Shown here one piece after another: positions 49,801-62,811 of a stretch of 64,000 nucleotides of DNA. A program made the translations under genes and the position numbers. The stretch comes from Kudoa neothunni. Lineage: Eukaryota > Animalia > Cnidaria. The DNA lies in contig OZ199840.1 in assembly GCA_964304625.1 (NCBI GenBank), forward strand, positions 9,346,882 to 9,410,881, in the 5' to 3' direction. The notes beneath the pieces were generated by a model. That model was not told the origin of the DNA and searched no databases. It worked only from the letters and a program-made list of their open reading frames with translations. Numbering within the stretch: the stretch's first letter is position 1; every line of letters begins with the position of its first letter.

Positions 49801-51972
49801 CAAGGTGTGACTCCATACGCCACTCAAAGAATTTCTAATATCGCTGGATGTTTTCAACATTTTTCCCCTTGGAAATACTCATTATGGGAATAAATGGGAA
49901 AACGTTGACGTTGATGAACTAAATGGCTTTATTGGATGGATCTTATATATGGCTATCCATAAAGATCGACGAGAACCATTAGTTGATTTGTTTAGTTCTA
50001 CTGAAGGCAGGCAAATATACAAGGATTTATTTTCTCTGCGAAGATTTAGGCAATTAACCAGAGCGATCCATTTTGACGACACAAACACAAGAGAGCAGAG
50101 AAAATTACTGGATAAATTTTTCCTCTTTAGAGAGATCTGGGATATCTGGGTAAATATTGCGAGCAAAAGTTATAATCCAGGGTTTGATGTGTGTCTTGAT
50201 GAACAGTTGGTATCCTTTAGGGGTAACTGCTCCTTCAGGCAATATATAAAGAATAAACCTGCGAAATACGGGTTAAAAATTTTTTTACTAGTAGATCCAC
50301 AAACTTCATATGCATTAAATATGGATGCATATATTGGTAAAAAATGTTCGACTGATGCCAAAGTTCATGATGTTGGTAAGAATATCGCTCTCAAATTAAC
50401 TGAAAATCTAATTGGTTCAGGATGCAATTTGGGTTGCGATAATTATTTTACATCGATTCCTTTGGCCGATGAATTGATCAAAAGAAGAATGACCATAATT
50501 GGTACAATTCGTAAAAACAAACGAGATATACCACCATTCCTACTATTTAATAGAAGAACCCCGGTGAATGAATCAAAATTTGTTTGCAATGGAAAGAAAA
50601 TGTTGGTATCGTTCGCTCCAACGAAAAATAAGAACGTCCTCCTATTGTGTTCATCTAATCATAACACAAAAATTTCTAGAATATTTCCTCATAAGCCAGA
50701 TGTTATCCTACAGTATAATGCTGCTAAAGGAGGCGTTGACACAGTGGATCGTATGTTGGCGTCGGTTCCAGTGAGACGATTCACCAGAAGATGGCCGTTA
50801 GTTGTGTTTTACAACATGATTGATATCTCACTTGTAAATGCGTTTGTAGTTTACAGGGAGATATTTAACGAACCAAATATTAAAAGAAGAGACTTTTTGA
50901 AAAAAGTCGCTTTTGAATTATCGGAACCATTAAACATTAGGAAGAACAAAATTCCACAGTTAATAGAGCGTACAAGTTCCATAAATCCCCGACATTCCGT
51001 TCGAAAATATTGCAAAAAAATAGAAATTATTTAATGAAATGAAAGCCTGTGTAGTTTGCTGAATCACGTTTAGATTTCCAATTTTACATTACGAAAATAG
51101 AAAAATTTATTTTTGTTTCAATAAATCAATTATAGTTTATGGATTTTTTACATTTTATAAGGATTTTAGGAGAATTCTACAAACAGTCATTTTAAATTTC
51201 GGCAATCGCGCGTTATATAGACAATATGCACGTACGCACTTGCGCGGATAAATTTAAAACGTGGAAATAATATGGAAAACTTACAAATTTTATAATTTTA
51301 TTTCACTTTTAGTTAGTAAATAATCTAAGAATTTGAAATATGCAAAAAACTTTTGGGGTCTTTTTTCACCCCATTGTTACTCGGAAGGTGCCCAATTTTG
51401 TGTTACTTAGAAGGTTAAAATTATATAGAGCGTTGACCATGAATGTGAATTTGGATTTATGGGAAAAGGTTGTCAACAAACCGTATTTTTGTGGATAGAC
51501 TGCAACTCAACTCAATTGATATAGAGCCACCATGTTGGATGCGACGTGTTCATTCCATGCCTTTCAAAATACCTAAAACGCGACACCAAACTTAATAATG
51601 AGTCACCAATGGACAAAATTTGCACGCATGTGTCTTTTAATCTGCCAAGCACTGATTCCATAAAATTCATACCCATCCAAAATTGCATCTCGATTTTCCC
51701 ATCTAATACCATCGTCGAATATACCACCTATACTGACCATAAACAATTTTTCATTTATGTCACAAAATCAGAAAAAATTGGTAAAATTTGATTAAAAATA
51801 TTATTATCATTATTAACAACGGGATTTAGTTAATAGGAAAAATCTTATTTTGTTTCTCTTAATCCTGTCAGCACCAGTTCTTATAACGATTTTTGTCATC
51901 GTAGGAGTTTACATCCAACGAAAATCATACAGCAATCTCTCAACTTACAAACACTTTAAAAGTGTCTTGTAA
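46887..51972 (+). CDS. Divergent integrin-beta-like protein, copy 2 (piggyBac in intron 16)
   Basis: Same 19-exon structure as copy 1, with exons open where checked. Intron 16 is expanded from 58 nt to 2253 nt (49176-51428). Confidence 0.8.
49224..51414 (+). mobile_element. piggyBac element with defective transposase
   Basis: TTAA TSD (49220-49223, 51415-51418), perfect 14-bp TIR CCTTCTAAGTAACA, subterminal repeats, DDD motifs CLDEQ/GCDNY/GGVDTVD. In-frame stop at 49780 and truncated Cys-rich tail. The empty site is visible in copies 1 and 3. Confidence 0.95.
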
Positions 51973-53105
51973 ATTCGTCATACGATTCTTTTGGCCCTCC
52001 AAATATATGATTCTTAGTCTTATTTCTAATGATGTTTTCTATGATATTTTCTTTTTTAATAATTTATGTTTTCATATTACTCAAAGTAAAGTTTAACATA
52101 ATTTCAAAAAAAAAAGAATTTATTTTGTTACAGCATACTTTTATAAATTAGTGATTGACAAAGTCTTATTATTTATTGACTAATTACGCTATAATTATTA
52201 TAGCTATCAAAAAATACGAAAATTAAAGTTATTTAATGGCAAAAATATTATTTTTCTCCTTATTTAATCCATTTCTTATTCTAGACGAAATATTGTAACA
52301 GAAATTTTTTTTACTTCAATTAATATCTCCAATGAATCACTCGAAGTAAACATACTCCATTTGGTAAATCTGCCAAAATATGAGAGATTTACCATTTGGT
52401 GTCCTTTTATTAAAACAAAGGAAACTCTACAGTATCGCCCCTTTCTGTACGTGGGCAATAATATGCTAGCATCATACACGATAAAAAATAAGTCAGTCAA
52501 TTTATTTTCATTCTATTCAATGAACGATTTTACCATCGATGGAGTGAAGCAATAGTCAGAGGTTATTGTTCATTATAATAAAAAAAAGTGGTATCAACAC
52601 CATTGATCGGATGTCGGTGTCAGTCTCGACTAGAAGATTTAGCAAACGTCGATCTATGACGGTTTTATTATGCCGGATATTTTTTTTTGTCAATACAGAT
52701 AGATATATACATTTGTATTTATGATGGCTTGCGCTAGGGTTGTAATAATGAGTAATTTTTGGGGAATGCGGAAATGTTACTCAGTGGAAATACTATGCAA
52801 TACCGAATCCCTGTGTACGTGAAACCACTAAATGTATTATTCTGATAAATCAGAGGTGGGTAAATTACGGCCCAAGAGTCATAGCTTAAATAGCGGCAAT
52901 GTCGTACCGCTCTGAGGTTGATAGCGCATGCATTAGCTTTGGGCACATCCTTTACATAACCCCGCCAGGGCTACCAGCAAAATTAAAAAAAACCCAAGGT
53001 CGAGAAAAACATTAATTTAAAGTACAACAAAAAATAGAATCTTATTTATTAAAGTTTTTAATCTTATTCCGAATCAATAATTACATCTTCAGGCATTAAA
53101 TTTAA

Positions 53106-55317
53106 GGCAGTGTCTATTGGCCCGAACAAATTGGTTTATTTAATTTTCGATCTTTTTATTATAGTAAATCTGTGTTGTCTGATATAAAACAACTTGCACT
53201 TGTTTATTTAATTTTTTTATCGCGTTATATCGGTTAAAAATATTCTGTATAATGTAATATGGTTTCGACTAAATGGACCGTAAAAAGTCTTTTTATTGAG
53301 TTTATGAGTTATTTATTTATTCAAATGAACATTTTTAGTTCTGATTTAACTTTTAATTATCTATGTAACTAAAATTTATATTGTAATAGTTTTAATTTTA
53401 TTGTAACGTGCGTTGATTTGATTGTAATCATCCCCAAATGTTGTAATACAAAATTATTGTAAAAAAATTTAGGATTTTTCACAAGACCAAAAACATAAAG
53501 TGTATAGTTGTTGTATTTAAAGATATTTGGTTATAGAAAAAGAAAAATTTTGATTTTACTCCTACGCGCGTGTTTACGAAATGAGATTGCCTGAACTTAA
53601 TACGATTTTTCAAACCGGAAATACTTTTATCATTTTTGAGGAGCTAAAGTTGAAAATAGATGAATACGAACAAAACTCCGAGGGTAGTTTATTTATGTGA
53701 CTCTTAAACCATCGAAAGAACTTAGAAGCGATGTAATAAAACGTTAAATTTAATACTTTAGTTTTATCATACAAAATACTGCTGGGTTCATCGCGACAAA
53801 AACTTAAGTTCTTCAAAAATTTAAATAAATTTTGTATATGCATTAAAGTTTGAAAACACGCAGTCGTTATTTTAGAGAAAACGATCTGTTGGTAGAAGAA
53901 ATTCGAATTCTTATTACAGAGCATGCCCAATGTTTCTAAAATTTTCAGCCATAATTTTTACATAGTAAAAATAAAATATCAAAGGATGAAAGTGATCTTA
54001 TCGCTCAATTTGTTCAAGATAACGGAAATTCCAAAGTAATCCAAGAAAAAATATTACGAGAAAGGGGAACTTTGTTTCATTGAATAAAGTGTCTAACATG
54101 AAGCACTCTTGTAAATCACATACAAAAAGCCTGCAATTTTAAAAAAATTCAAATAAAAAAGGAAGATATTTAGAGATATGGGAAATCAACAATGAGACTA
54201 TAGGCTGCGACATATGTCTTCAATCGAGCTATTTTAAATGCCAACATATTAAACTGAACCCGTCGTCAAAATATTAGAGTTGTATGAATTGTAAAACAGA
54301 AGAATGATAGTAAGAGAAATTATGATAAAAAAGCTTTTGTTTTAATTCATATGCTATTTAAATATATCTTATACCATCATGAATATGTATTTTACCCATC
54401 CATAAGATGGTATTTATGTTACAATAATTTAAAAGGATTTTTTTATCAAATACGTTAAATCAATTTTACAAAATTCATATAGTCATGTAGTCGAATTCAT
54501 GAGAACATCTGTGTGATACATGGCTTGGTGAAAAAAGTCAAAGTCCAACATTTTTTGAATAAAATCACCAATAAATAGTTATATATTTAAAAATTGAAAA
54601 TAATGTTCCAAATATGAATAAAATTGTTATAGTGGATAATAACAATTAAATATTTTAATTGAGAACATAAATTTCAACTAGTATCGTCAAAATTCAGTTC
54701 GTATGCGAAGTCTAAATAAGGGAGTATGTGAAGTGTCCTGATTAGGTGACATTAAATTAAGTATAAATCAATTAATTGGATTCATTTTCAAATAAAAAAT
54801 CATATTCACAACATTTATTTACATTGAGTGATTTTATACCGATATTATAAAAAATATCAATGTGGGACATTTGACGCCATTTTGAGTTTTGGGTTTACGA
54901 CAACCATTCATATGGATGAAATCAATTCAAAAATATTGAAAATAGCAAATAACATGATTACAACAGTGAATTCATTTAAAATTATGAATATAACACGGAT
55001 ATATCATATCAGAAAATTATTATTGCACAATACGTGGAATGAATAAATTTCTTACTGATAAAAAATCATAAAAACATTTCATTCAAATGTCAAACAAGTT
55101 TATGAGGAAAATAGATCATTTACAGCGATAAATTACAATAATGATGAGGATGGGTCTTTCCTAAGTAACGCCTTATATCACAGATTCCTAGGACAAAATT
55201 CTTGTATTTTTTTCACATTAATATATAATTCATTTTAATAATTTTTGGACTCATTAAAATTAAAAAAGAATCCCCTAAATAGGTAAAAACAATTTGTTCG
55301 GGCCAATAGACACGTCC
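53106..55317 (+). mobile_element. TIR element with TTAA flanks and GG...CC ends (Kolobok-like ends, MULE/ZSWIM-like relic content)
   Basis: TTAA|GGCAGTGTCTATTGGCCCGAACAAATTG ... CAATTTGTTCGGGCCAATAGACACGTCC|TTAA. Relic peptide GNTFIIFEELKLKIDEYE at ~53617. Confidence 0.75.
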
Positions 55318-55321
55318 TTAA

Positions 55322-58300
55322 AGAAAATAGGTCACGATAAACTTGTCTTCCCTCTTCTAACCCAAACAATTCATTGACTGGTTGTTGATTATCGTCAAGT
55401 ATTCCCATTAACAATAAACATCCGATGAATCCAACGAATTCGACACTATCTAATTGCTTTCAAACATCACCAAAATTTTTTTTACCGTATTAATTCGTAT
55501 GTTTTAAAATTAAATCATACATTTCCTGGCGAAAAATCCCTTTAAACGTATCAATAATTTCATTTACATTCTGCAAAACGAAGGATGAAACATTAGTACG
55601 ACTGGTCAAAATATTTTCGGCTGCAGTTCTAGAAGTCGAGGGTTTTTCAATTGTCCATAAGGTTCCATTCTTATCTATTAACACTCTAACGAACTTGGGG
55701 TCTTTTGGACCCCAAACCGATATTAAACGTGGTATAGAATTTTGCGTAGTAGTTTGCAAAGCTTTTTATCCTGGCTGTTCTCATAAATTTATAATAGTTA
55801 AAACTTACAAAACTTTGGAAAAAAAAATAACATAGCTCAGAAAAATAAAATTATCCTTTAACGAACTTGGGGTCTAAAAGACCCCAAGTTTTTTTTGTTT
55901 CGTTATTGTTAAAAAATATAAAAATAAGTAACATAAAAATGCAGAAATTTCTATCGACGAAACTTTGAGAAAAATGACAATTTAATGTGTAAATTAATCC
56001 TCTTTAATCCCCTCGGGAACCGCCAGTACTGTTGTATACAATCGTTAACAAAATTCTTACAAACTGTTGACTTGCGTTTTTTAAATCATTTTATAACACT
56101 AAATTATATTTCGAAAGTGTTTATTATTTTCTTAATATCGATAAAGTTTTAGGAAATACATTTTTAATACACATGAACCCTACATTACTGGTAGGTTTAA
56201 AACTAAATGATATTTTTATATTGAGATGATGTTCTAAATTAACTTTTACTTCCTTCAGCACTGATGATTTTTAACCAAAAAAATGATATCACTCCATATG
56301 GTTATTTCGATGCACGAGTGAGTTATATTTTTTGAAGCGTGATGAGTAGTTCGGAGGAATATATAGATGAGATCGAATCGTCTGTTAGTGAATTAGATGA
56401 TTTTTTGTGTGAGGTATCCGACAATACGAAAGGGATGTTAGGTGACGAGTGTCCTACAGATGCTACGGTAGACAAAAATGGAACGGTGTGGACTTTGAAA
56501 AAGCCCCTTTCATCGACAGTTTGACTTGAAAATACACTTTCTTCTTGACCAGGTCCAACGGCATATTCAATTCAAAGAATCAAAAATATTGAAGATTGTT
56601 TCACAATATTTTTTACAAATAATATTTGTGGTGAAATAATAAAATATACAAATGAATTTGGAAGAAGTCGCTTCAGAGATTCTTGGACTGATCTAGATGA
56701 TGTTGAGTTTAAGGCATATTTGGGAACACTTGCTTTGATGGCTGTTCATAAAGATCGAGAGGAGCCTTTAATCGAGCTGTTTAGTCTTTCCGAAGGAAAA
56801 GAATTATATCGTCAACTTTTTTCTTATAACCGCCTCAGACGAATAACGAGATCTCTGCATTTTGATGACGCAAATACTAGGGCTCAAAGAAAGGCGACTG
56901 ATAAATTCTGTGCCATCCGTAGTGTATGGAATATGTGGGTTGACATTTTGCCGTTGTGTTTCTCTCCTAATGAGGATATAACTGTAGATGAGCAGTTAGT
57001 GCCATTTAAGGGAAGGTGCCCGTTTAGGCAATATATGCCATTAAAACCAGCCAAATATGGTTTAAAATTCTTTGTGCTGGCGGACCTAAAGGATAAATAT
57101 GTTCTTAACGTCTCTCCATATCTTGGAAAAAACGGAAGTGAAGCTTGTCGAACCTTAAACGTGGGTGAAAACATTGTACTTTCTCTGACAACCCCATTTC
57201 ACTATTCTGGAAGAACGGTTGTTGCAGATAATTTTTTCACTTCTCTGGGGTTTGCAACAAAATTTCTGGCGAAACAGTTAACATATTTGGGAACCATTCG
57301 TCACAACAAACGAGATCTGCCATCTTGTGTTCTTTCAAACAGACGAAGTGAATTGTACAGCACCACATTTGCGTTCTTCAAAAAAAGTATGTTGACATCA
57401 TACGTAAACAAAAAAGGTAAGGCTGTTATTATATTATCAACTGGAACCAACAATACAGATACAGACAAGGAAATGGGCAAAAATAAGCCAGTAACTATCT
57501 TACACTACAACAGAACAAAGGGTGGTGTAGATACCATTGATAGAATGTTGTCGTCTGTTTCAGTTAGAAGATTTACTCGACGATGACCAACTTATCTTTA
57601 ACCAATGCTTTTTTGCTATTTAAATATATTTTTGTTGAACAAAAAAATGCGACGTCAATTTATGAAAGAGATGGCCCAAGTCCTTTACCGACCATTCCTT
57701 GCTAAAAATACACCCGACAAGAAAATTATCAAAAGGAGTTATTCAGCTCTCTCCGCTAAACCAGTAATTGCAGATTCTAATTTGAAAAAGAGTCGATGCG
57801 AATTTTGTCCTCGAGAGACTGATAAAAAAACTAGCACCCGCTGTGTTAGCTGTAGTAGCTTTTTCTGTCGAGACCATTCATCAAAACAATGTAAGTTTTG
57901 TTGAAAATAATACTAGTTTTATAAAAAAATATAATGTGTATTGTTTTTATTATTTTGCGTTATTAGATTTGTTTCATGTTACTGCCGAATGTTTACGAAG
58001 CGCTGTTTAAGGCAACCGAGCCAGATTAGATAAGATTAATGGTTTTATGAAATGTAGTTTCTCTGAAAATTCATTCGATAAAAATTCATTATAATTTTTG
58101 TATCGTTTAATAATATTTTTTTGGTTATGTTCATGCAATGAAAACTTGGGGTCTAAAATACCCCAAGTTCGTTGGAGGGTAGTCATTTTTACATAACTTA
58201 GAGGGTTAAAGAGTCAGATGGAACATTGGTTTCAACTTCCGAATTATCTGACGACGCATCACATATAAAGGAATAATCCAGGTCAGAAGAATCAGTATCA

Positions 58301-58657
58301 GAGCAGCTGCCGCTATACTCACTCGAGCTCATTTTAATAACTTCAGATGGCGTCCGCGCATTGCAAGATGACCAGTACTATTTGTTGGTTTAAACAATAA
58401 TTCGTCGATGAAATTGTATCAAATTTACCAAAAAAATATTATTTTTGATTTGAAACAATTTAGTAAAAAATGTGGGGTGTAAAAATACCCCAATTTTACT
58501 CGGAGGGTATTTGTGAGTTATATTTTATTTTACAAAACAAAAAAAATTTGTTGTCAAGTAGAATATGTGTTACATAACGTTAAAAGATTAAACGGAATAT
58601 AAAAAATTAAAGATTAAATAGGCCTGGGGTATAAAACACCCCATTTTACTTGGAAGG
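55322..58657 (-). mobile_element. Outer piggyBac (5' half only), split by a nested piggyBac
   Basis: 5' end CCTTCCAAGTAAAATGGGG (rc) at TTAA 58658-58661; ATG at 58332. Removing the inner element rejoins the frame ...NVPSDSL|IDKNGTLWTIEKP. Truncated at TTAA 55318-55321. Confidence 0.85.
55682..58205 (+). mobile_element. Inner piggyBac, near full length, with nonsense mutations
   Basis: TTAA at 55678-55681 and 58206-58209. Ends C(A/C)CTCTAA with AACGAACTTGGGG subterminal repeats. DDD motifs TVDEQ/VADNF/GGVDTID and Cys-rich tail RCEFCPR...CVSC...CRDH...CKFC. Confidence 0.92.
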
Positions 58658-59402
58658 TTAAAGAAATAGTTAAATAACAAAAAAATAATGACATCATAAA
58701 ATCAAAATTTTGGAGGCTGGTAAGTAAGCAGTTATTGCCGAAGAGTAACCACTCTAGTGAAAAATTTGATGTGTTAAAATATGTGGATTAACATCAGTGT
58801 TGCACAGTAGCAGAATTCTGTAGAAAATATATAGATTTCTTTACCAAAATATTTAAATTAAATAAACTTGTTTGCTTATATTCGCACAATATATTGGTAA
58901 AACAAATATTAATTGAATAATATTTGTTCCATTTCCGAATATTTGAAGTTAGTATATTATTATGTAATTTATGATCAGTGGAATTTAATAGAGCTTAATT
59001 ACATCTCGAGAGTGTTTTATTAATTAATGATACGAGATATTATCAGTTGAATATGTGCATAGATATTTAGCCAATCAATTATATTATTTGTACAGATTTT
59101 TCGTGGTATTTAAAAATATGAACAAATAGATTAAATATTGTGTAATAAGAGAGTTCTCGGTTTCCTCGGATGGCTCATTAATCCCTTTAAAGGCTTTAAT
59201 ATTATTATTTTCTTCGAATAATCGTTTAAATGAAAAAATACAATAACCTCAGATAGAATAAATATTTATAAATAATATATAAAAACGAGAAATTAAGCTC
59301 GATTTAACATTTTAAATGTGTACTATTCATGTAATATATTTTAATCAGATTATAATTTATTTTTAATTTACATTTTGGTGTTCTATTTAGAAGTATTCTT
59401 TG

Positions 59403-62294
59403 ATGATATTGATTCTAATTGAAATTTACTTTGGTACTAATTATTAAATTCTCATTATAATATAACTATGTTAAAAATAGCGTTAACCAACCAATTATCA
59501 TTAGTTCCAAGTTGTAATCAATGTTTGGATAGTGGAAAAACATGGTGCCTTGATGGAGTGGATATTTATATCTATGTTATCATATAATACCTTTTAGTTT
59601 TTACCTGCTGGAAGTGAAAATCGATGCAGTTCTACAGCAGATATATATTCAAATTGTAATAATCCCTTAAAGTATCTCCAAAATATTTATATTACAAATG
59701 CTTGTAACTCTTCTAGACTACAAAGTTCCGGGAATTTGAATCTAAGTCTTGCAGATATTGATAGAACCGAATCATCTTACTCTGAACTATCAAATATAGG
59801 ACCTGACATTAGTATAAAAGATTTTCTGTGTATCGTTTGAACATAAATTTCAGAAATTAACCTTACCTTTGAAATTCCAGCATTAGTGCCACAAGAGATA
59901 TTCGTTATAATTGACGTTAATTCGTTTAGTTCAGGAACAATAAATTCTATCTCAGAAGACTTGGAGTCATATTGTAATTTGGATTATCACTACAGTATAC
60001 GTAACTTGAGGAAATAGTTAACGATAGTTGGAAGACTGATTTAAACAGGATCGAAGTTAGTGTCATACTCACTCAAAAAACATCGTAATAATTAAAATAA
60101 TCTTTATGATAATTTTACGTTAGACCGGACACTCTACTTCCACTTCTTTCTCTTCTTCAGTATACCAATCATGTATAGTAATCATGTGTTAGGGAAGTGA
60201 CACTGATGTTTTGTAGAAAGCCTTCTATTTTCAAGTTGTCACACAAGAGAATCGACTGATCTATGATGAAGTTTTCAAATCAGCCATATTGAATATTATC
60301 TGCAAACAAGTATAGATTAGGATTTTTCAATATTTATATTTTACATTGGAAGGGAACTGTTCCGCAGAATGAAATAAATCCTAAAGCCATGCTACTCCTA
60401 ACAAACCGGATGCACCCTTTCGAAAATGGGCAGGTAGAATTAGGGACTAAATTACTACTACACTTAGTTTATTTAGCTGGCCAAGCTAATTCGGAATAAA
60501 TCAAAGTCATGCCTTTTCTCGAACAACAAAAACTATAAAAATGTTGTAATTTTTACTAATCTCTCGAAAGATATTCATATTTCGTTAGTACCATATGGAT
60601 ACAAAAACATTTGGAGATGTATTGCGAGAAAATTCAGCCCAAATTCATATTGTTACACAAAAAAGAGAAGCCTACTATTATTATGGGGTATTATTATATG
60701 TATGCTATTGAAAGATACGAATGACATCTTAGCGTATGCTTTACAGAAATGAGTACCTGATCCCAGCAATAATCAGTATCTACCACCGTAGTACCTTCAA
60801 TGGATATTTGAAAAGGTTCAAAAGGGTATTACCGATCAATGAAATCCATAATATTATTATCGACAGGAATTCGCACGTAACTGCATCATAAGTTATCCAC
60901 TAATGGATCAATTCATCGAGTTTGATATTATAATGACTGAATGCCGGTATTTTCGTTCATTTTCCTATACATAATAATTTTTCTGTAGAATTTACGGGAT
61001 TAAGTTTCTATGTAATTTTGAAATCCCCCAAACCGCCTCCATAACGATGAAAGTGAAAAAATGCTTCCCCAAGCAAAGCCTAAGCAGAGAGTATGATTAT
61101 TCATCTTCTGTTAATTACATTAATATTTTAGATATGAAATTTCTGCTATTGGTCACAAGAAATTTCATATATCTCTCTCTACGGGAATGTGTCTCTGCGA
61201 ATGCGAAGACCCTCTTCATTATTCCTATGTAAATAAATTTCCATTTACTGTTTTCTCTATCCTGCTACTTTTCACAATGTTTTATATTATCCAATTATGT
61301 AAAAATAGATAACATGGTGAAATCCATATAGGGTAATAGAAGTGACATTTGCAACTTCAGAGGTGACCTGGTCTGTGGAAATTGCAGATGTGATAATAGA
61401 TTGTATAGTATATTATACACAAAACTGTACTAATACTGCCTTTAGTACTTCGGATGATTGCTCATACGTGGATTCATTATTATTCTTCAAACCTAATAGT
61501 TTAAAATCAGAATCTTCTGTAAATGAGGATCATTGTTGTAAACCTTCCAAATACGGTTGTTGTCAATCTGACCTTTGTGAGAATGGACGTTGCAGATTTT
61601 ACGACTGTCACACTAATAAAATATTGAATGAAACCATGCGATATGGAAGCTGTGACAGATCCAACTCTGCAACATTGATTGATGCAAGTCAAGTACGTTA
61701 AAACCAGTCGATATTCTTATAAACTTATCAAACATGTTAAAATTATATAGAGCGTTGACCAAGAATGTGAATTTGGATTTATGGGAAAAGGTTGTCAACA
61801 AACCGTATTTTTGTGGATAGACTGCAACTCAACTCAATTGATATAGAGCCACCATGTTGGATGCGACGTGTTCATTCCATGCCTTTCAAAATACCTAAAA
61901 CGCGACACCAAACTTAATAATGAGTCACCAATGGACAAAATTTGCACGCATGTGTCTTTTAATCTGCCGAGCACTGATTCCATAAAATTCATACCCATCC
62001 AAAATTGCATCTTGATTTTCCCATCTAAAACCATCGTCGAATATACCACCTATACTGATCACAAACAATTTTTCATTTATGTCACAAAATCAGAAAAAAT
62101 TGGTAAAATTTGATTATAAATATTATTATCATTATTAACAACTGGATTTAGTTTATAGGAAAAATCTTTTTTTGTTTCTCTTAATCTTGTCAGCACCAGT
62201 TCTTATGACGATTTTTGTCATCGTAGGAGTTTACATCCAACGAAAATCATACAGCAATCTCTCAACTTACAAACACTTTAAAAGTGTCTTGTAA
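59403..62294 (+). CDS. Divergent integrin-beta-like protein, copy 3 (19 exons, apparently intact)
   Basis: Near-identical to copy 2 except for patches, chiefly 60775-60998. No piggyBac insertion. Stop TAA at 62292-62294. Confidence 0.85.
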
Positions 62295-62811
62295 ATTCGT
62301 CATACGATTCTTAGTCTTATTTCTAATGATGTTTTCTATGATATTTTCTATTTTGGTGGTTTATACGATCCATTATTAACCCTGCTATTTTATTATTTAA
62401 CATTTTTCTTTCTAAACTTTATTAAATATATATTTATAAATGAACAATTTTTTACTAATTATTAGAAGTATTTTTGATCATATTAAAATACGATAATTTT
62501 TATTTTTTACTGCTATAGAAAACAACCCCTATTTCACTACAGTACGCTCACTTAAAAATAAATAGTTAAATTATGTTCAAGCATTTTAATTATTTGATTC
62601 ATTTTATTATAAAATTATCGTATCAACAAAGTTTTTATTATGAAGGAAACAAAGACCATAAATTAAACACTATTTGGCAAATAATTTTTTTTATAAATAT
62701 TAGACCGGTGTTTAAATATATTATTAATAACTTTTGTAATGTCAATTTATTTGTGTAACCGCATCCAATATCATAAAGCAAAAACTCGCTTGCGCCCGCG
62801 CAATACAACAG

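Noticed and set aside
49770-57590. In-frame TAA/TGA at conserved Glu/Trp positions of piggyBac transposases, suggesting a variant genetic code
   Set aside because: Host genes here terminate with TAA, TAG and TGA and have no internal stops once spliced. The TE copies also carry deletions and frameshifts, so this is ordinary decay.
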